A stretch of DNA of 63,553 bases, the filler included. It is 5 parts of 5 records of this genome, joined end to end, with 100 filler letters (N's around TTAATTAATTAA, not from the genome) between each part and the next. Parts side by side here need not be neighbours in the genome. Positions count along the whole stretch, not along the records: positions 34,684 to 41,282 come from SRR20825006_3076; positions 41,383 to 56,404 come from SRR20825006_3084; 3 more parts are not named here. One strand, given 5' to 3'. The translations under genes were made by a program, and so were the position numbers. This document shows positions 36,673 through 47,800 of the stretch, piece by piece. The stretch's first letter is position 1. Each line of letters starts with the position of its first letter. The notes beneath the pieces were generated by a model. The model was not told where the DNA came from. It ran no database searches and saw only the letters and a list, made by a program, of their open reading frames with translations.

Positions 36673-37524
36673 ATGAGTTGGGGTGGTTTTACCCTTGCCG
36701 AGCTTGAATGGCAGTATAATCCGCGCGAAACCGTGCCGGAATATATGACCTGTTTTGACCGGTTTGTGCGTCTGTCCGACGATACACGGGCAAGTGTCCA
36801 CCACATGACCGATATCCGTTATGGGGGCGGGCCCCAGGAAACCATGGATGTTTATCCGGCAGCCGAGCCGGACGCACCGGTGCATGTGTTTTTCCATGGT
36901 GGGTATTGGCGAAGCCAGGACAAAAAGGACTATGCGTTTGTTGCCCGCGACCTCAACGCCGCGGGCTTTACTGTCATTTGTGCGAATTATGATCTGTGCC
37001 CGGATGTGACGGTGGCGGAAATCACCCGTCAGGCGATCCGTTGCATGACCTTCATTTACCAGAATATCGGCGACTTTAACGGGGATCGGGATCGTATCAG
37101 CATTTCCGGTCATTCGGCAGGCGGGCAGATTGTCGCGCGGCTCGCGGTTCATCATTGGGAAGATACCCTTAATGATGCCTATCCGTTTTGTGCGGTTGTT
37201 CCGGTTTCCGGGGTTTTTGATCTGGAACCGATCCGGTTCACCAGTATCAACAACGACCTGCAACTTAATGCCGCGACGGCAGCGGATAATTCACCGATGC
37301 TTGATGCCGTCCCACACGACATCAAAATGATGGTCGTGGTCGGCAGTAACGAAAGCCCGGAATTTGTCCGCCAAAGCGATGCTTATGCCGCCTATTGCAG
37401 TCGGGAAGGACTGCATGTTCCGGTTTATAAGGCATGGGGGGCGAACCATTTCACGGTGCTTGAAGAACTTTATCTTGGCACCGGTTCACTGTTTGGCCAT
37501 TTCAAACGTTTTTTGCAGCGTTAA
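36673..37524 (+). CDS. Alpha/beta hydrolase, arylformamidase (kynurenine formamidase)-like
   Basis: HGGYW, GHSAG, SGVFDL, ES.EF.RQS and NHF motifs. Confidence 0.85.
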   Translation: MSWGGFTLAELEWQYNPRETVPEYMTCFDRFVRLSDDTRASVHHMTDIRYGGGPQETMDVYPAAEPDAPVHVFFHGGYWRSQDKKDYAFVARDLNAAGFTVICANYDLCPDVTVAEITRQAIRCMTFIYQNIGDFNGDRDRISISGHSAGGQIVARLAVHHWEDTLNDAYPFCAVVPVSGVFDLEPIRFTSINNDLQLNAATAADNSPMLDAVPHDIKMMVVVGSNESPEFVRQSDAYAAYCSREGLHVPVYKAWGANHFTVLEELYLGTGSLFGHFKRFLQR

Positions 37525-37662
37525 TTTCACCCATTTCGGGAAGATTTTTCACCTGAAACAAAGTGAAAAACAGTGTGCGATCCTGTGACGCATGTCCTTT
37601 GACGTGGTATAAGATATCAACGCTACCACGCTGAAATCGAAAATAAATTTACAGGAAGGCCC

Positions 37663-38613
37663 ATGCGTTTCGTATCCGCCCAAGAAATCGATAAATTCGT
37701 CTCGCCCCGCGATCTGGTTGAAGCGCTCCGTCAAGGATTTGCCGATGGCTGCGAAGCGCCGCTACGCAGCCATTTCAACATGGAACGCAGCAATGAGGAT
37801 GACGCGACTTTCCTGATCATGCCTGCCTGGCAAAAGGATGGCGCGGCCGGGGTCAAGGTTGCGGCCGTTGTGCCGGGGAATTCAGCGCGTAACCTGCCGG
37901 CTGTTTCTGGGACTTATATCCTTTTGGATGCGGTGACCGGGCAACCATCGGCCGTGATTGATGGCACCAAGCTGACCACACGCCGGACGGCGGCGGCATC
38001 GGCATTGGCGGCGGACTACCTTGCGCGCCAAGATACGCGCGAAATGGTCATGGTCGGTTCCGGGGCGATGGCACCCAATCTGATCAATGCACATGCGTCG
38101 GTGCGTCCGATCAAAAAGGTCACGATCTGGAACCGCAATGGCGACAAGGCCCGCGCATTAGCCGCCGAAACCGCCACCCTTGGTTTTGAAGCGGTGGGCA
38201 CGGATGATCTGGAAATGGCCTGCAAGACCGCCGATCTGATTTCATGCGCGACACTTTCGACCGAGCCGCTGGTGCGGGGCGAATGGCTTCGCGAGGGGAC
38301 GCATGTTGATCTGGTCGGGGCGTTCAAGCCGACCATGCGCGAAACCGATGATGCCCTGATGCAGAAATGCCGGATTTATGTTGATAGTTTTGAAGGGGCC
38401 GCGGCCGAGGGCGGTGATGTGGTGCAGCCGCTAAATGCCGGATCGATTTCAAAATCCGATATTCTCGGCGATCTGTTCGGCCTGACGCGTGGTGAGGTCA
38501 AGGGACGCGAGACAGATACGGAATGTACGGTTTTCAAATCGGTTGGTCATTCGCTGGAAGATTTTGTTGCGGCAGTCGCGGTTGTCGATGCGGTGGGAAA
38601 GGCCGGTAAATGA
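37663..38613 (+). CDS. Ornithine cyclodeaminase/mu-crystallin family imine reductase
   Basis: MPAW, GVK, RRTAAASALA, GSGAMA and FKSVG motifs. Confidence 0.9.
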   Translation: MRFVSAQEIDKFVSPRDLVEALRQGFADGCEAPLRSHFNMERSNEDDATFLIMPAWQKDGAAGVKVAAVVPGNSARNLPAVSGTYILLDAVTGQPSAVIDGTKLTTRRTAAASALAADYLARQDTREMVMVGSGAMAPNLINAHASVRPIKKVTIWNRNGDKARALAAETATLGFEAVGTDDLEMACKTADLISCATLSTEPLVRGEWLREGTHVDLVGAFKPTMRETDDALMQKCRIYVDSFEGAAAEGGDVVQPLNAGSISKSDILGDLFGLTRGEVKGRETDTECTVFKSVGHSLEDFVAAVAVVDAVGKAGK

Positions 38614-39110
38614 TCAGTACCGACCTTTTTGCCCCGGAGATGCTGGAAAGCTATCGCGGGACGGTGCCGCAGGACTGGATCGATTTTAACGGGCATGTGA
38701 ATGTCGGGTATTACGTGGTTGGTTTTGATCTGGGATCTGTGGCGTTTCTGGACGGGGTCGGGATGGGGCGGACTTATCCCGAACGGCGCGGGTTTTCGAC
38801 CTTTGCGCTTGAAATGCACATCACCTATGACCGGGAAATTCACCTTAACGACCCGTTCGTGATCCATACGCAAATTCTGGATTGCGATCACAAACGCATT
38901 CACATGTATCACGAATTGCGTCACGGGACCGAAGGGTGGCTGTCGGCGACCAATGAAATCATCACGATGCATATCGATATGGAAACGCGCCGTTCGGCGG
39001 CATTTCCCGATGACATTCAAAAGACGCTTGATCTGATCCGTGAGGCGCATCGCGATTTGCCGGTGCCAACGGGTGTCGGGCGCAAGATCGGTATTCGCCG
39101 CAAGGAATAA
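38610..39110 (+). CDS. Hot-dog fold acyl-CoA thioesterase
   Basis: WIDFNGHVN..YY and E.HITY.RE motifs. Confidence 0.88.
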   Translation: MISTDLFAPEMLESYRGTVPQDWIDFNGHVNVGYYVVGFDLGSVAFLDGVGMGRTYPERRGFSTFALEMHITYDREIHLNDPFVIHTQILDCDHKRIHMYHELRHGTEGWLSATNEIITMHIDMETRRSAAFPDDIQKTLDLIREAHRDLPVPTGVGRKIGIRRKE

Positions 39111-39135
39111 CGATTTTCAATGCTCCGAAATGAGC

Positions 39136-39163
39136 AAACCCGCATCCAGTGATGCGGGTTTTT
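39136..39163. terminator. Intrinsic terminator between convergent genes
   Basis: AAACCCGCATC-cagt-GATGCGGGTTTTT. Confidence 0.85.
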
Positions 39164-39167
39164 GCGT

Positions 39168-39677
39168 TCAGGCGACCTTTACAAACAGCTTGCAGATTTC
39201 ACCGCTGTTGTTCACGTCCTGATCGCGTTCATAGGTCAGGCCCAGTTTGGCGAGAAGTTTAAGCGATACGGTATTTTCCGGCAGCGTATAGCCAAATATC
39301 CGATCAAAGCCCAGCGTATCGTGGCCATAGTCGATCAGGGCGGTACTGACTTCAAACGCATAACCCATGCCATGATGGCTTTCGGTAATGGCATAACCGA
39401 TATCGGGTGCATCAAGCGTGTCGCGTTTGACAAATCCGCAAAGCCCGATACTGCATTCGGTTGCTTTTTCGTCCACGATGTAAAGCCCGAAACCGTGTTT
39501 CAGATAGCTGCTGAGAAGCCGGTCATCAATAAATTTTCGGGCGGCATCAAGATCATGGATGTTGCGATCCCCGACAAACCGTATCCAGCCCGGTTCGTTC
39601 AGCAGTTGCATGATAAAGGGGGCGTCGTTGTGGGTTCCGTGACGCACAAGCGTTCTTTTGGTTTCCAGTATTGTCAT
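39168..39677 (-). CDS. GNAT (RimJ/RimL-type) acetyltransferase
   Basis: IG.CG..KRD.L..PDIGYA, G.GYAFE and N..S..LL.KLG motifs. Confidence 0.9.
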   Translation of the reverse strand: MTILETKRTLVRHGTHNDAPFIMQLLNEPGWIRFVGDRNIHDLDAARKFIDDRLLSSYLKHGFGLYIVDEKATECSIGLCGFVKRDTLDAPDIGYAITESHHGMGYAFEVSTALIDYGHDTLGFDRIFGYTLPENTVSLKLLAKLGLTYERDQDVNNSGEICKLFVKVA

Positions 39678-39779
39678 ACTGTATTACCCTTGGTTTCGTG
39701 GTGGCGAAGACAGCATGCTAGCCTAGAATGCGCGTAAATGAACAATGAATTCGCCAAATACCGGCGGCGGAGGTCCGAT

Positions 39780-41018
39780 ATGGCTGTAAGGCCGATTAAG
39801 CTTAGCTTTGAAGGTGCACTGGGGGCACAGCTTTCGGCACGGTTGGATTTGCCAACGGGGCCGGTTCGGGCCTATGCGCTGTTTGCGCATTGTTTTACGT
39901 GCAGTAAGGACCTGACGGCGGCGCGCAAGATCGCGCAGTCGCTGACCATGCAGGGGATTGGCGTTTTGCGGTTCGATTTTACCGGGCTTGGCGGATCGGG
40001 CGGTGATTTTGCATCGACCAATTTCACATCCAATCTGGATGACCTGAAACGTGCGGCCGATTTCCTGCGGCATGAATTTGCCGCCCCCCGTTTGCTGATC
40101 GGGCATTCGTTGGGCGGGGCGGCGGTTTTGGCCGTGGCCGATAGCGTGCCCGAAGCAACCGCAGTTGCAACGATTGGTGCGCCCGCCGATGTCGAGCATG
40201 TGACCCATAATTTCGCCGATTACCTTGAAGATATCGAACGGGACGGGCAGGCCGAAGTTTCGTTAAGCGGGCGGCCATTTGTGATCAAGAAGCATTTCAT
40301 TGACGATCTGCGTGCCCACAATATTGAAAAATCGGTCGGCAGATTGCACAAGGCGTTGCTGGTGCTGCATGCGCCGATGGATCAGACGGTGGGTATTGAA
40401 AATGCCGCACGGATTTTTGATGCCGCCAAGCATCCGAAAAGTTTTGTGTCGCTTGATAGTGCGGATCATTTGTTACGCGATCCCGATGATGCGACCTATG
40501 CCGCCGAGGTGATCAGCGCCTGGGCCAGGCGTTATATTACCGACGAAGACCCGGTAAATGACGAAGTGCCAGACGGTGCCGTCGTGGTGCGTGAAACCGG
40601 ACTTGGCAAGTTTCAGGCGATGGTTCTGGCCGGGCATCATCGTATGTTGGCCGATGAGCCCGAAGATGTTGGCGGGTTTGACAGCGGACCGTCACCTTAT
40701 GATTTTCTGGCGGCCGCCCTTGGGTCATGCACGGTGATGACGATGCGTATGTATGCCGATCAGAAACAGATACCGGTCGATGGCATTCGGGTCGAAGTCC
40801 GACATGATAAAATCCATGCAAGCGATTGTATGGAATGCGGGGCAGAGTTCGAACAAAAGGGCGGCAAGATCGACCGGTTCGAACGGATCATTACCCTGCA
40901 TGGTGATTTTACCGAGGAAGTCCGGGAAAAGCTGATAGCGATTGCCAATAAATGCCCGGTACATCGGACATTGGAAGCCAAGTCATTGATCGTGACACGG
41001 GACGAGCGGGATCGGTAG
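39780..41018 (+). CDS. Bifunctional alpha/beta hydrolase-OsmC protein
   Basis: FAHCFTC, GHSLGG, HPKSF.SLD.ADH; C-terminal ADEP...GG...GP.PY, LG.CT and KCPVHRTL. Confidence 0.92.
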   Translation: MAVRPIKLSFEGALGAQLSARLDLPTGPVRAYALFAHCFTCSKDLTAARKIAQSLTMQGIGVLRFDFTGLGGSGGDFASTNFTSNLDDLKRAADFLRHEFAAPRLLIGHSLGGAAVLAVADSVPEATAVATIGAPADVEHVTHNFADYLEDIERDGQAEVSLSGRPFVIKKHFIDDLRAHNIEKSVGRLHKALLVLHAPMDQTVGIENAARIFDAAKHPKSFVSLDSADHLLRDPDDATYAAEVISAWARRYITDEDPVNDEVPDGAVVVRETGLGKFQAMVLAGHHRMLADEPEDVGGFDSGPSPYDFLAAALGSCTVMTMRMYADQKQIPVDGIRVEVRHDKIHASDCMECGAEFEQKGGKIDRFERIITLHGDFTEEVREKLIAIANKCPVHRTLEAKSLIVTRDERDR

Positions 41019-41049
41019 AATTCATATTCCCGTGCAAATGGCCAAAATA

Positions 41050-41080
41050 AAAACGCCCGGCGAAATCAGCCGGGCGTTTT
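41050..41080. terminator. Bidirectional intrinsic terminator
   Basis: AAAACGCCCGGC-gaaatca-GCCGGGCGTTTT. Confidence 0.85.
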
Positions 41081-41104
41081 GCCTTCGAGTCGGAAGTGAC
41101 CGGA

Positions 41105-41281
41105 TTACGGTTTTGCCGCAACCACGATGAATTCAACCAGATAGTCCGGGGTGGCAAGTTTGGCTTCGCCGCATGCACGTGCCGGGGTGTGACCCTGCGG
41201 GACCCATGCATCCCAGATTTCGTTCATTTTGGCGAAGTCGGCCATATCGGCAAGCCAGATGGTGGTCGACAGGATGTTTTC
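41105..41281 (-). CDS. RidA/YjgF family protein, 3' part
   Basis: Manual translation [41 protein letters not shown]; not in the ORF track. Confidence 0.88.
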   Translation of the reverse strand, partial: ENILSTTIWLADMADFAKMNEIWDAWVPQGHTPARACGEAKLATPDYLVEFIVVAAKP

Positions 41282-41282
41282 C

Positions 41283-41382
41283 NNNNNNNNNNNNNNNNNN
41301 NNNNNNNNNNNNNNNNNNNNNNNNNNTTAATTAATTAANNNNNNNNNNNNNNNNNNNNNNNNNNNNNNNNNNNNNNNNNNNN
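41283..41382. other. Artificial contig spacer
   Basis: N44-TTAATTAATTAA-N44. Confidence 0.99.
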
Positions 41383-41383
41383 C

Positions 41384-41866
41384 GACGGCGTATTCCCGGT
41401 GTGGATGAGCCCAGACAAATATTCCGTGCTTGAGCCGGCGATCAACAAGGGCCTGGAGAAGAGTGGCCGCAGCAAGGCCGACTTCGATGTTGCCCCCTTT
41501 GTCGGCGTTATCATGGACGACAACCTCGATGGCTGTCGCCACTTCATTAAAGACTTCCTCGCGCTATATATTGGCGGTATGGGCGCCAAGGGCAAGAACT
41601 TCTACACTGACTACGCCACCCGTATGGGCTACGGCGACGCGGCAGAAAAAGTGCAGGACCTCTACCTGGCCGGCAAGAAGGATGAAGCCCGAGAAGCGGT
41701 GCCCAACGAACTTGTCGACGAGGTCGCGCTGGTTGGCCCAGAAGCCCGCATTCGCGAGCGCGCCCAAGATTGGAAAGCAGCGAATCAACGCGGCGAAGTC
41801 GGCACAATGATCCTCAACTGCCAGCAGGCTGAAGCCCGTGAAGTAATGGCGGACTGCTTCCTGTAA
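41384..41866 (+). CDS. LLM-class oxidoreductase, 3' part
   Basis: ALYIGGMGAK.KNFY, QDLYLAG.K.EA...VP.ELVD..ALVGP. Confidence 0.8.
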   Translation, partial: DGVFPVWMSPDKYSVLEPAINKGLEKSGRSKADFDVAPFVGVIMDDNLDGCRHFIKDFLALYIGGMGAKGKNFYTDYATRMGYGDAAEKVQDLYLAGKKDEAREAVPNELVDEVALVGPEARIRERAQDWKAANQRGEVGTMILNCQQAEAREVMADCFL

Positions 41867-41965
41867 GCGCAAACATCGCAGCCCCCCACTGTCCGACTTC
41901 GCTTTTCTGCGAAAGTCGGGCAGACTCTTAGCTATACCCTCCTACGTGACAGGACACCACCAGCA

Positions 41966-43723
41966 ATGACCGCTGTTACCCGCCGACTCGCGATGGCCAT
42001 TCTCAATGGCTTCGATGCGTTTTTCGCCGAATTTAAAAATATCACCCTCGGCGCCCAAGCCCGTTTTGAAGCCGCCGATTGGCACGGCTCTCAAGAGGCG
42101 ATGCGCGCGCGCCTCAACCTCTGGAAGCAAAAACGGGTCATTGTCGCCGAAGCTGCCCACACCATTACCGGCGGCAGCGTGCAGGACCGCGAGCACTGGG
42201 AAGTTGCCAAGCAAGAATACGCCGAGCTAATTCAGAATCACGACAATTACGAGATTGCACAATCCTTCTTTAACTCCATTTACTGCTACGTCTTCGAGCA
42301 CGAAAAAATTCGGGATCAACACACCTTTGCCACCACACCGGCAGGACACCGAGGCCCGATCGACAGCGACTCTATTCTCCGGCGCTACAAGTTCAACGGC
42401 GATAATGGCGCCGCCATCGTCAAACAAATGTTGGACGATTGTGAGTTCAATATTCCCTGGGAAGACCAGCAGCGCGACATTCAATTTGTCATGAACGTCG
42501 TCAACCAAGACCTGGTGCCCCGCATCCCCGAAGGCACTGGGGAGATCTGGGTCGAGACCCTGGAGTCACTATTCTTTCGCAACAAAGCGGCGTATTTGGT
42601 TGGGCGCGCCTACAGCGGCAATTTCAGCAAGCCCTTCGTGCTGCCGATCCTGCACTCCGATGACGGTTCGCTCTTCGTCGACACCCTGCTGCACGAGCCT
42701 GACGACCTCTCAATTCTTTTCAGCTTCAGCCGCAGCTACTTCATGGTCGACGCCTCGATTCCTTCGGAATACGTTGCATTTTTACGACGCCTCATGCCGC
42801 ACAAAGAGGTGTTTGAACTCTACAACGCAATCGGTATGCAAAAGCACGGTAAAACCGAGTTTTACCGCTTTGCCGTCAACGATACGTTAAACAGCGAAGA
42901 TCCCTACGTGATCGCCCCCGGGATCAAGGGCATGGTGATGCTGGTATTCACCCGGCCAGACTTCGGGTACGTGTACAAAGTTATCAAAGACAAGTTCACG
43001 CCCCCTAAAGAGATGAGCCGGGAACACGTTAGGAAATGCTACAGCCTGGTAAAACGCTGGGACCGCGGCGGCCGCATGGCCGACACCCAGGAGTTTAACA
43101 ACCTGGCCTTTGACCGCCGCCGTTTCTCCGACGAGCTCATGGCCGAGCTCTACAAAGAGGCTCCCTCGTTGGTCGAGGAGCACGGCAATGTGTTGATACT
43201 CAAGCACGTCTATATTGAGCGGAAAATGATTCCTCTCAACCTCTACCTGAAAGACTGCAACGAAGAGCAGCTTTACAGCGTGATGGACGAATACGGCAGC
43301 GCCATTAAACAGCTCGCCGCGGGGAATATTTTCCCCGGCGATATGCTGCTTAAAAACTTTGGTGTTACCCGCCACGGACGCGTGGTGTTCTATGACTACG
43401 ACGAAATTTGTCCGCTGACCGACTGTAACTTCCGCCGCCTGCCAGAGCCCAAAACAGAGGAGCAGGCCATGGCCACTCACCCCTGGTATGAGGTCAAACC
43501 CGAGGATGTGTTCCCGGAAGAGTTTCGCCTGTTCTTCTCAGGGAATCAGCGCGCCAAGAAGGTATTTGACGAGTTGCACAGCGACCTCTACGACCCCGAT
43601 TACTGGCGCGAGCTGCAGGACAAGATTCGCAACGGTTATGTCGCCGACGTATTCCCATATAGAAAGAAACAGCGCTTCCAACAGCGCGATGGCGGCAACA
43701 ACAGCCCGGCCACCTCAAATTAA
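41966..43723 (+). CDS. aceK: Isocitrate dehydrogenase kinase/phosphatase
   Basis: APGIKGMVMLVF, GRMADTQEF, NIFPGDMLLKNFGVTRHGRVVFYDYDEI. Confidence 0.97.
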   Translation: MTAVTRRLAMAILNGFDAFFAEFKNITLGAQARFEAADWHGSQEAMRARLNLWKQKRVIVAEAAHTITGGSVQDREHWEVAKQEYAELIQNHDNYEIAQSFFNSIYCYVFEHEKIRDQHTFATTPAGHRGPIDSDSILRRYKFNGDNGAAIVKQMLDDCEFNIPWEDQQRDIQFVMNVVNQDLVPRIPEGTGEIWVETLESLFFRNKAAYLVGRAYSGNFSKPFVLPILHSDDGSLFVDTLLHEPDDLSILFSFSRSYFMVDASIPSEYVAFLRRLMPHKEVFELYNAIGMQKHGKTEFYRFAVNDTLNSEDPYVIAPGIKGMVMLVFTRPDFGYVYKVIKDKFTPPKEMSREHVRKCYSLVKRWDRGGRMADTQEFNNLAFDRRRFSDELMAELYKEAPSLVEEHGNVLILKHVYIERKMIPLNLYLKDCNEEQLYSVMDEYGSAIKQLAAGNIFPGDMLLKNFGVTRHGRVVFYDYDEICPLTDCNFRRLPEPKTEEQAMATHPWYEVKPEDVFPEEFRLFFSGNQRAKKVFDELHSDLYDPDYWRELQDKIRNGYVADVFPYRKKQRFQQRDGGNNSPATSN

Positions 43724-43777
43724 CTCTGGCTGGGAATAACACCTTTATAGGCAGCAATTTCAGGGATCGCGATTACC

Positions 43778-44851
43778 GTGTTAAGAAAACGCCTCAAGTT
43801 CGTACTACCACCGTTAATCGTTATCGGCGCACTGCTACTGGCCAAGGTGCTTATCAGCAGCCGGCCAGAGCTTGCATCCCAACCCCGCGTGGACGAGCAA
43901 CCGCTTGTGCAGGTGCACACCATCGAGCGCCAAGGGGCCGCGATGACCCTTGGCTCGCACGGCACGGTGAGAGCAAAAACCACCTTGCAATTAACCAGTG
44001 ACGTCGCCGGCAGAATCACCTGGGTGAACCCTGCGCTGGAGGTCGGCGCCATTATCGCTGCCGATACCCCCATCGCCAGAGTAGACCGCAGCCAATACAA
44101 ACTGGCAGAAGCCCAGGCGCTACTCGCCCTGCGCGATGCCGAGCTAGCCCTGGCAGACACCCGCAGCCGCTTTGAAACCCGCAACCCTCGCCACCCGCAA
44201 ATTCGACGGGCGCGCGCCCAGATTGCCGCCGCCAAAGCGCAAATCCGCAAGGCCAATGTCGACCTTTCGCGGACAGAAATCTCGCTGCCGATGGAAGCGC
44301 TGGTCAGTATCAAACAAGTGGCTCTCGGGCAGTATGTGGCTCCCGGCAGTGTCCTCGCCAGCTTTCAAGCGGTCGACCAAGTAGAGATTCCCCTGCCGAT
44401 TAGCCACGCCGAGTTAGAGATGCTGGAGACAGTCGATGGCGCCAGTGTTACGCTCCATGCTATCGACCAACAAACCGGTCGCTGGCAAGCGCGCCTCGGT
44501 CGCCTAAATCAACAATTGGACGATGCGACTCGGGTCGCCTATGCCGTGGCAGTGCTGGACGCCCCCTACGCGACCAAGCCGGCGTTGCGCATCGGTCAGT
44601 TTGTTCGCGCCGACATTCACGGCGTTGAATTTGACGACGCCTTTCGCATTCCCGCGAGCGCGGTTTTTGAAAACCGCTTCGTTTACCGCCTCGACCCACA
44701 GCAGCAATTGCAGAGCGTGGCGGTAACCCTACTGCAAAAGAATGCCCAATACGCCGTGGTAAGAGGAGACATAAACGTCGGCGACCAGCTGGTACTCAGC
44801 CGCCTCGACATTATGACCGAGGGCATGAAAGTTAGAGTCGAGTCGCTATGA
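43778..44851 (+). CDS. RND efflux periplasmic adaptor
   Basis: N-terminal TM, lipoyl/alpha-hairpin pattern, LRIGQFVRA.I.G. Confidence 0.88.
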   Translation: MLRKRLKFVLPPLIVIGALLLAKVLISSRPELASQPRVDEQPLVQVHTIERQGAAMTLGSHGTVRAKTTLQLTSDVAGRITWVNPALEVGAIIAADTPIARVDRSQYKLAEAQALLALRDAELALADTRSRFETRNPRHPQIRRARAQIAAAKAQIRKANVDLSRTEISLPMEALVSIKQVALGQYVAPGSVLASFQAVDQVEIPLPISHAELEMLETVDGASVTLHAIDQQTGRWQARLGRLNQQLDDATRVAYAVAVLDAPYATKPALRIGQFVRADIHGVEFDDAFRIPASAVFENRFVYRLDPQQQLQSVAVTLLQKNAQYAVVRGDINVGDQLVLSRLDIMTEGMKVRVESL

Positions 44852-47800
44852 CGCCCTATGATCGCCGCAGTGGCGCCATTGGCTGGATGGCCCGCAATCC
44901 CGTCGCCGCCAATCTGTTAATGGCCGTGGTGATGCTCGCCGGGCTGGTCTCCCTGTTAGATTTGCGCAAAGAGGTCTTCCCCACAATCCCACTGGAGATG
45001 ATCCGTATCACTGTTCCCTACCCTGGCAGCTCCCCCAGCGAGGTAGAGGAAGGCATTCTGATCAAAATTGAAGAAGCCCTGCAGGATATGGAAGACGTCG
45101 ACGACATCATTGCCGAAGCCAATGAGAATGTCGCCACGGTGCTAGTGCAAATGCAGCCCAAGACCGATATGGCGCCGGTGCTCAACGATGTCACCTCCCG
45201 CGTTAACGCCATCGCGTCGTTTCCCGCCAATGCCGAAAAACCCATCATTGAAGAAATACTGGCCAAGAATCACACCATCAACCTGAGTATCGCAGGCGAA
45301 AAACTTAGCGAGCATCAACTCAAAGCCCTTGCTGACGACGTGCGCGACGACCTGCTGGCCACCGGCGAGATTACCCAGATTGAACTCGTCGGTGTACGCG
45401 ATTACGAGGTGGCCATCGAGCTCTCCGACAGCACACTTCGCCAGTACGGCCTGAGCTTCGACCAAGTGGTAACGCTCATTCGCAGTCGATCCGAAAACTT
45501 ACCCGGCGGCAATGTTCGCACCGACAGCGGTACGATTACTCTTCGCTCACAAGGTCAGGCCTACAGTGGCGATGAATATCGCCGCATTCCGCTACTCACC
45601 CGCCCGGACGGCACCCGCTTGCTGCTAGGCGATATTGCCAATGTGCGCGATGGTTTCAGCGAGCAGCCTATTCTCAGCCGCCTGAATGGCGCCAACGGCG
45701 CGCGGCTCACAATCTTCACCGTCGGCCGCCAGAGCACCCTCGATGTCAGCCAGTTAGTCAAAAACTACGCTGCCCAGAAGCAACTGGAATTACCCGATGG
45801 TGTCAGCCTCAATGTCTGGTTCGATAACTCGCGCATCCTCAAAGGCCGAATCGACCTACTACTTAAAAATGCGCTGCAAGGGGGCATATTAGTTCTATTG
45901 GCACTGGCGCTATTTTTACGCCTGAGCATGGCCTTTTGGGTGTTAATCGGCGTGCCATTCAGCTTTCTTGGCGCCATGATGGTAATGAACCTTGGCTTTT
46001 TCGACTACTCGATAAACCTGATGTCGCTATTCGGTTTTTTGCTGGTGCTGGGCATTGTGGTGGACGATGCCATTGTTACCGGCGAGAGTGCCTACAGCTA
46101 CCTTGAGAGCGAACAGCAAGGCTTAGACAGCATTATTCACGGGGTAAAACGCGTCTCGACAGCGACAATATTTGGCGTGCTTACGACTATTATCGCCTTC
46201 ACCCCAATGCTGACAATGACCTCGCACATCGGCCGCTTTGGCTCCAATATCGCGGTGGTCGTGATCTTCTGCCTGATCTTTTCTCTGATAGAAACCAAGC
46301 TGATCCTGCCCGCCCACCTTCGTCATATCAAACTGGATAAAAAATCCACCGGCCCCATCGCCGCCCTGCAAAACGGCTTTGACCGCCAGCTAAAAGCGTT
46401 TGTGTACAATATTTATCGCCCAGCGTTGCAAACCTTGCTTGCGTATCGCTATGTCAGCCTCGCCGTATTTGTGGCCGGCTTTATCGTCGTTCTCAGCCTG
46501 GTACCCGCTGGCATTGTCCGCATGGTGTTCTTCCCCGATGTTCCCTCAGACCAGATCGTAATTAGCCTGCGGCTGCCGCCCAGCGCGCCCTACCAGCTCA
46601 CTCATGACTACGCACTGAAAATCGAGGCGGCGGCGGCGACCGTCAATGAGCGCTACCGCGAACGTACTGGTGAAGATGTCGACGCCATTAGCAATATTGA
46701 AACCCTGAGCAGCTCCGACGACCAGGCAAGAATTTGGGCGTCCCTCGTCCCCTCGGAACAACGGCAAATCGATTCCGTTATTCTCGCCCAGTGGTGGCGA
46801 GAAGCGATCGGCCCACTCCCCGGTATTAAACAGCTGAGCTTCGATGCGAAAGCGGGCCCGGGCGAAGGCGTCGACCTCGACGTCGCGTTAGAGTCTGACG
46901 ACCTCGCTGAACTGCAGCGCGCCGCACAGTGGCTCAAAGCGGAGCTTCAGCAAATAAGCGGCGTATTCGATATCCGCGATACCTTTGGCGCCGGCGCACC
47001 GGAGGTGGATATTCGCATTAAACCCGCCGGCGAATTGCTGGGCCTCGGCCAGGCTGAAATTGCCCGCCAAGTGCGCCAAGCCTTCTTTGGCGCTGAAATT
47101 CAGCGTTTCCAACGCGGCCGTCACGAAGTGCGAGTCTACGCGAGATTGCCGCTCGCCGAGCGCAACACGCTGGAAACCCTGGAGCAATTGTGGATCAAGC
47201 TGCCAAGTGGTGAGCGGGTACCCTTCAGTGAAGTGGCCGAAGCGCAATATTCCTCCGGCATTTCCAGCATCAAACGGGTCGACAGAAAGCGCGTGGTCAA
47301 TATCCAAACGGGCATCGACAAAGCCACCATTGAACCCGATGCGGTGGTCGCCAAGCTCGACCGGGACGTGATGCCCACACTACTGAAACAATTCCCTGCG
47401 GTTAGCTATTACTACACTGGCCAGGTGGAAGAGCAGCAAAAAGACACCCGCGAGCTGCAGGTGATGGGGTCGCTGGTATTACTGCTGATTTTTGCCGCAC
47501 TGGCCATTCCGCTGAAGTCCTATATCCAGCCGCTGTATATCATGTCGGCAATTCCCTTTTCAGTGGCAGGCGCCATTATTGGACACTGGCTCACCGGCAA
47601 TGATCTGAGCATGCTGTCTATTATCGGTGTGGTTGCGCTCGCCGGGGTGGTGGTGAATGACTCGCTGGTTCTGGTGGACTTCATCAACCAGAAGGTTTCC
47701 GAGGGGGAGGAAAAACTCAAAGCCGTGGTCGAAGCCGGACAGATGCGCTTTCGCGCGGTGATACTGACCTCACTGACCACTTTTTTGGGGCTACTGCCCA

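Noticed and set aside
41384-41866. F420 dependence of the LLM enzyme in a gammaproteobacterium
   Set aside because: The gene is partial and no F420 biosynthesis genes are in view, so the cofactor cannot be assigned.
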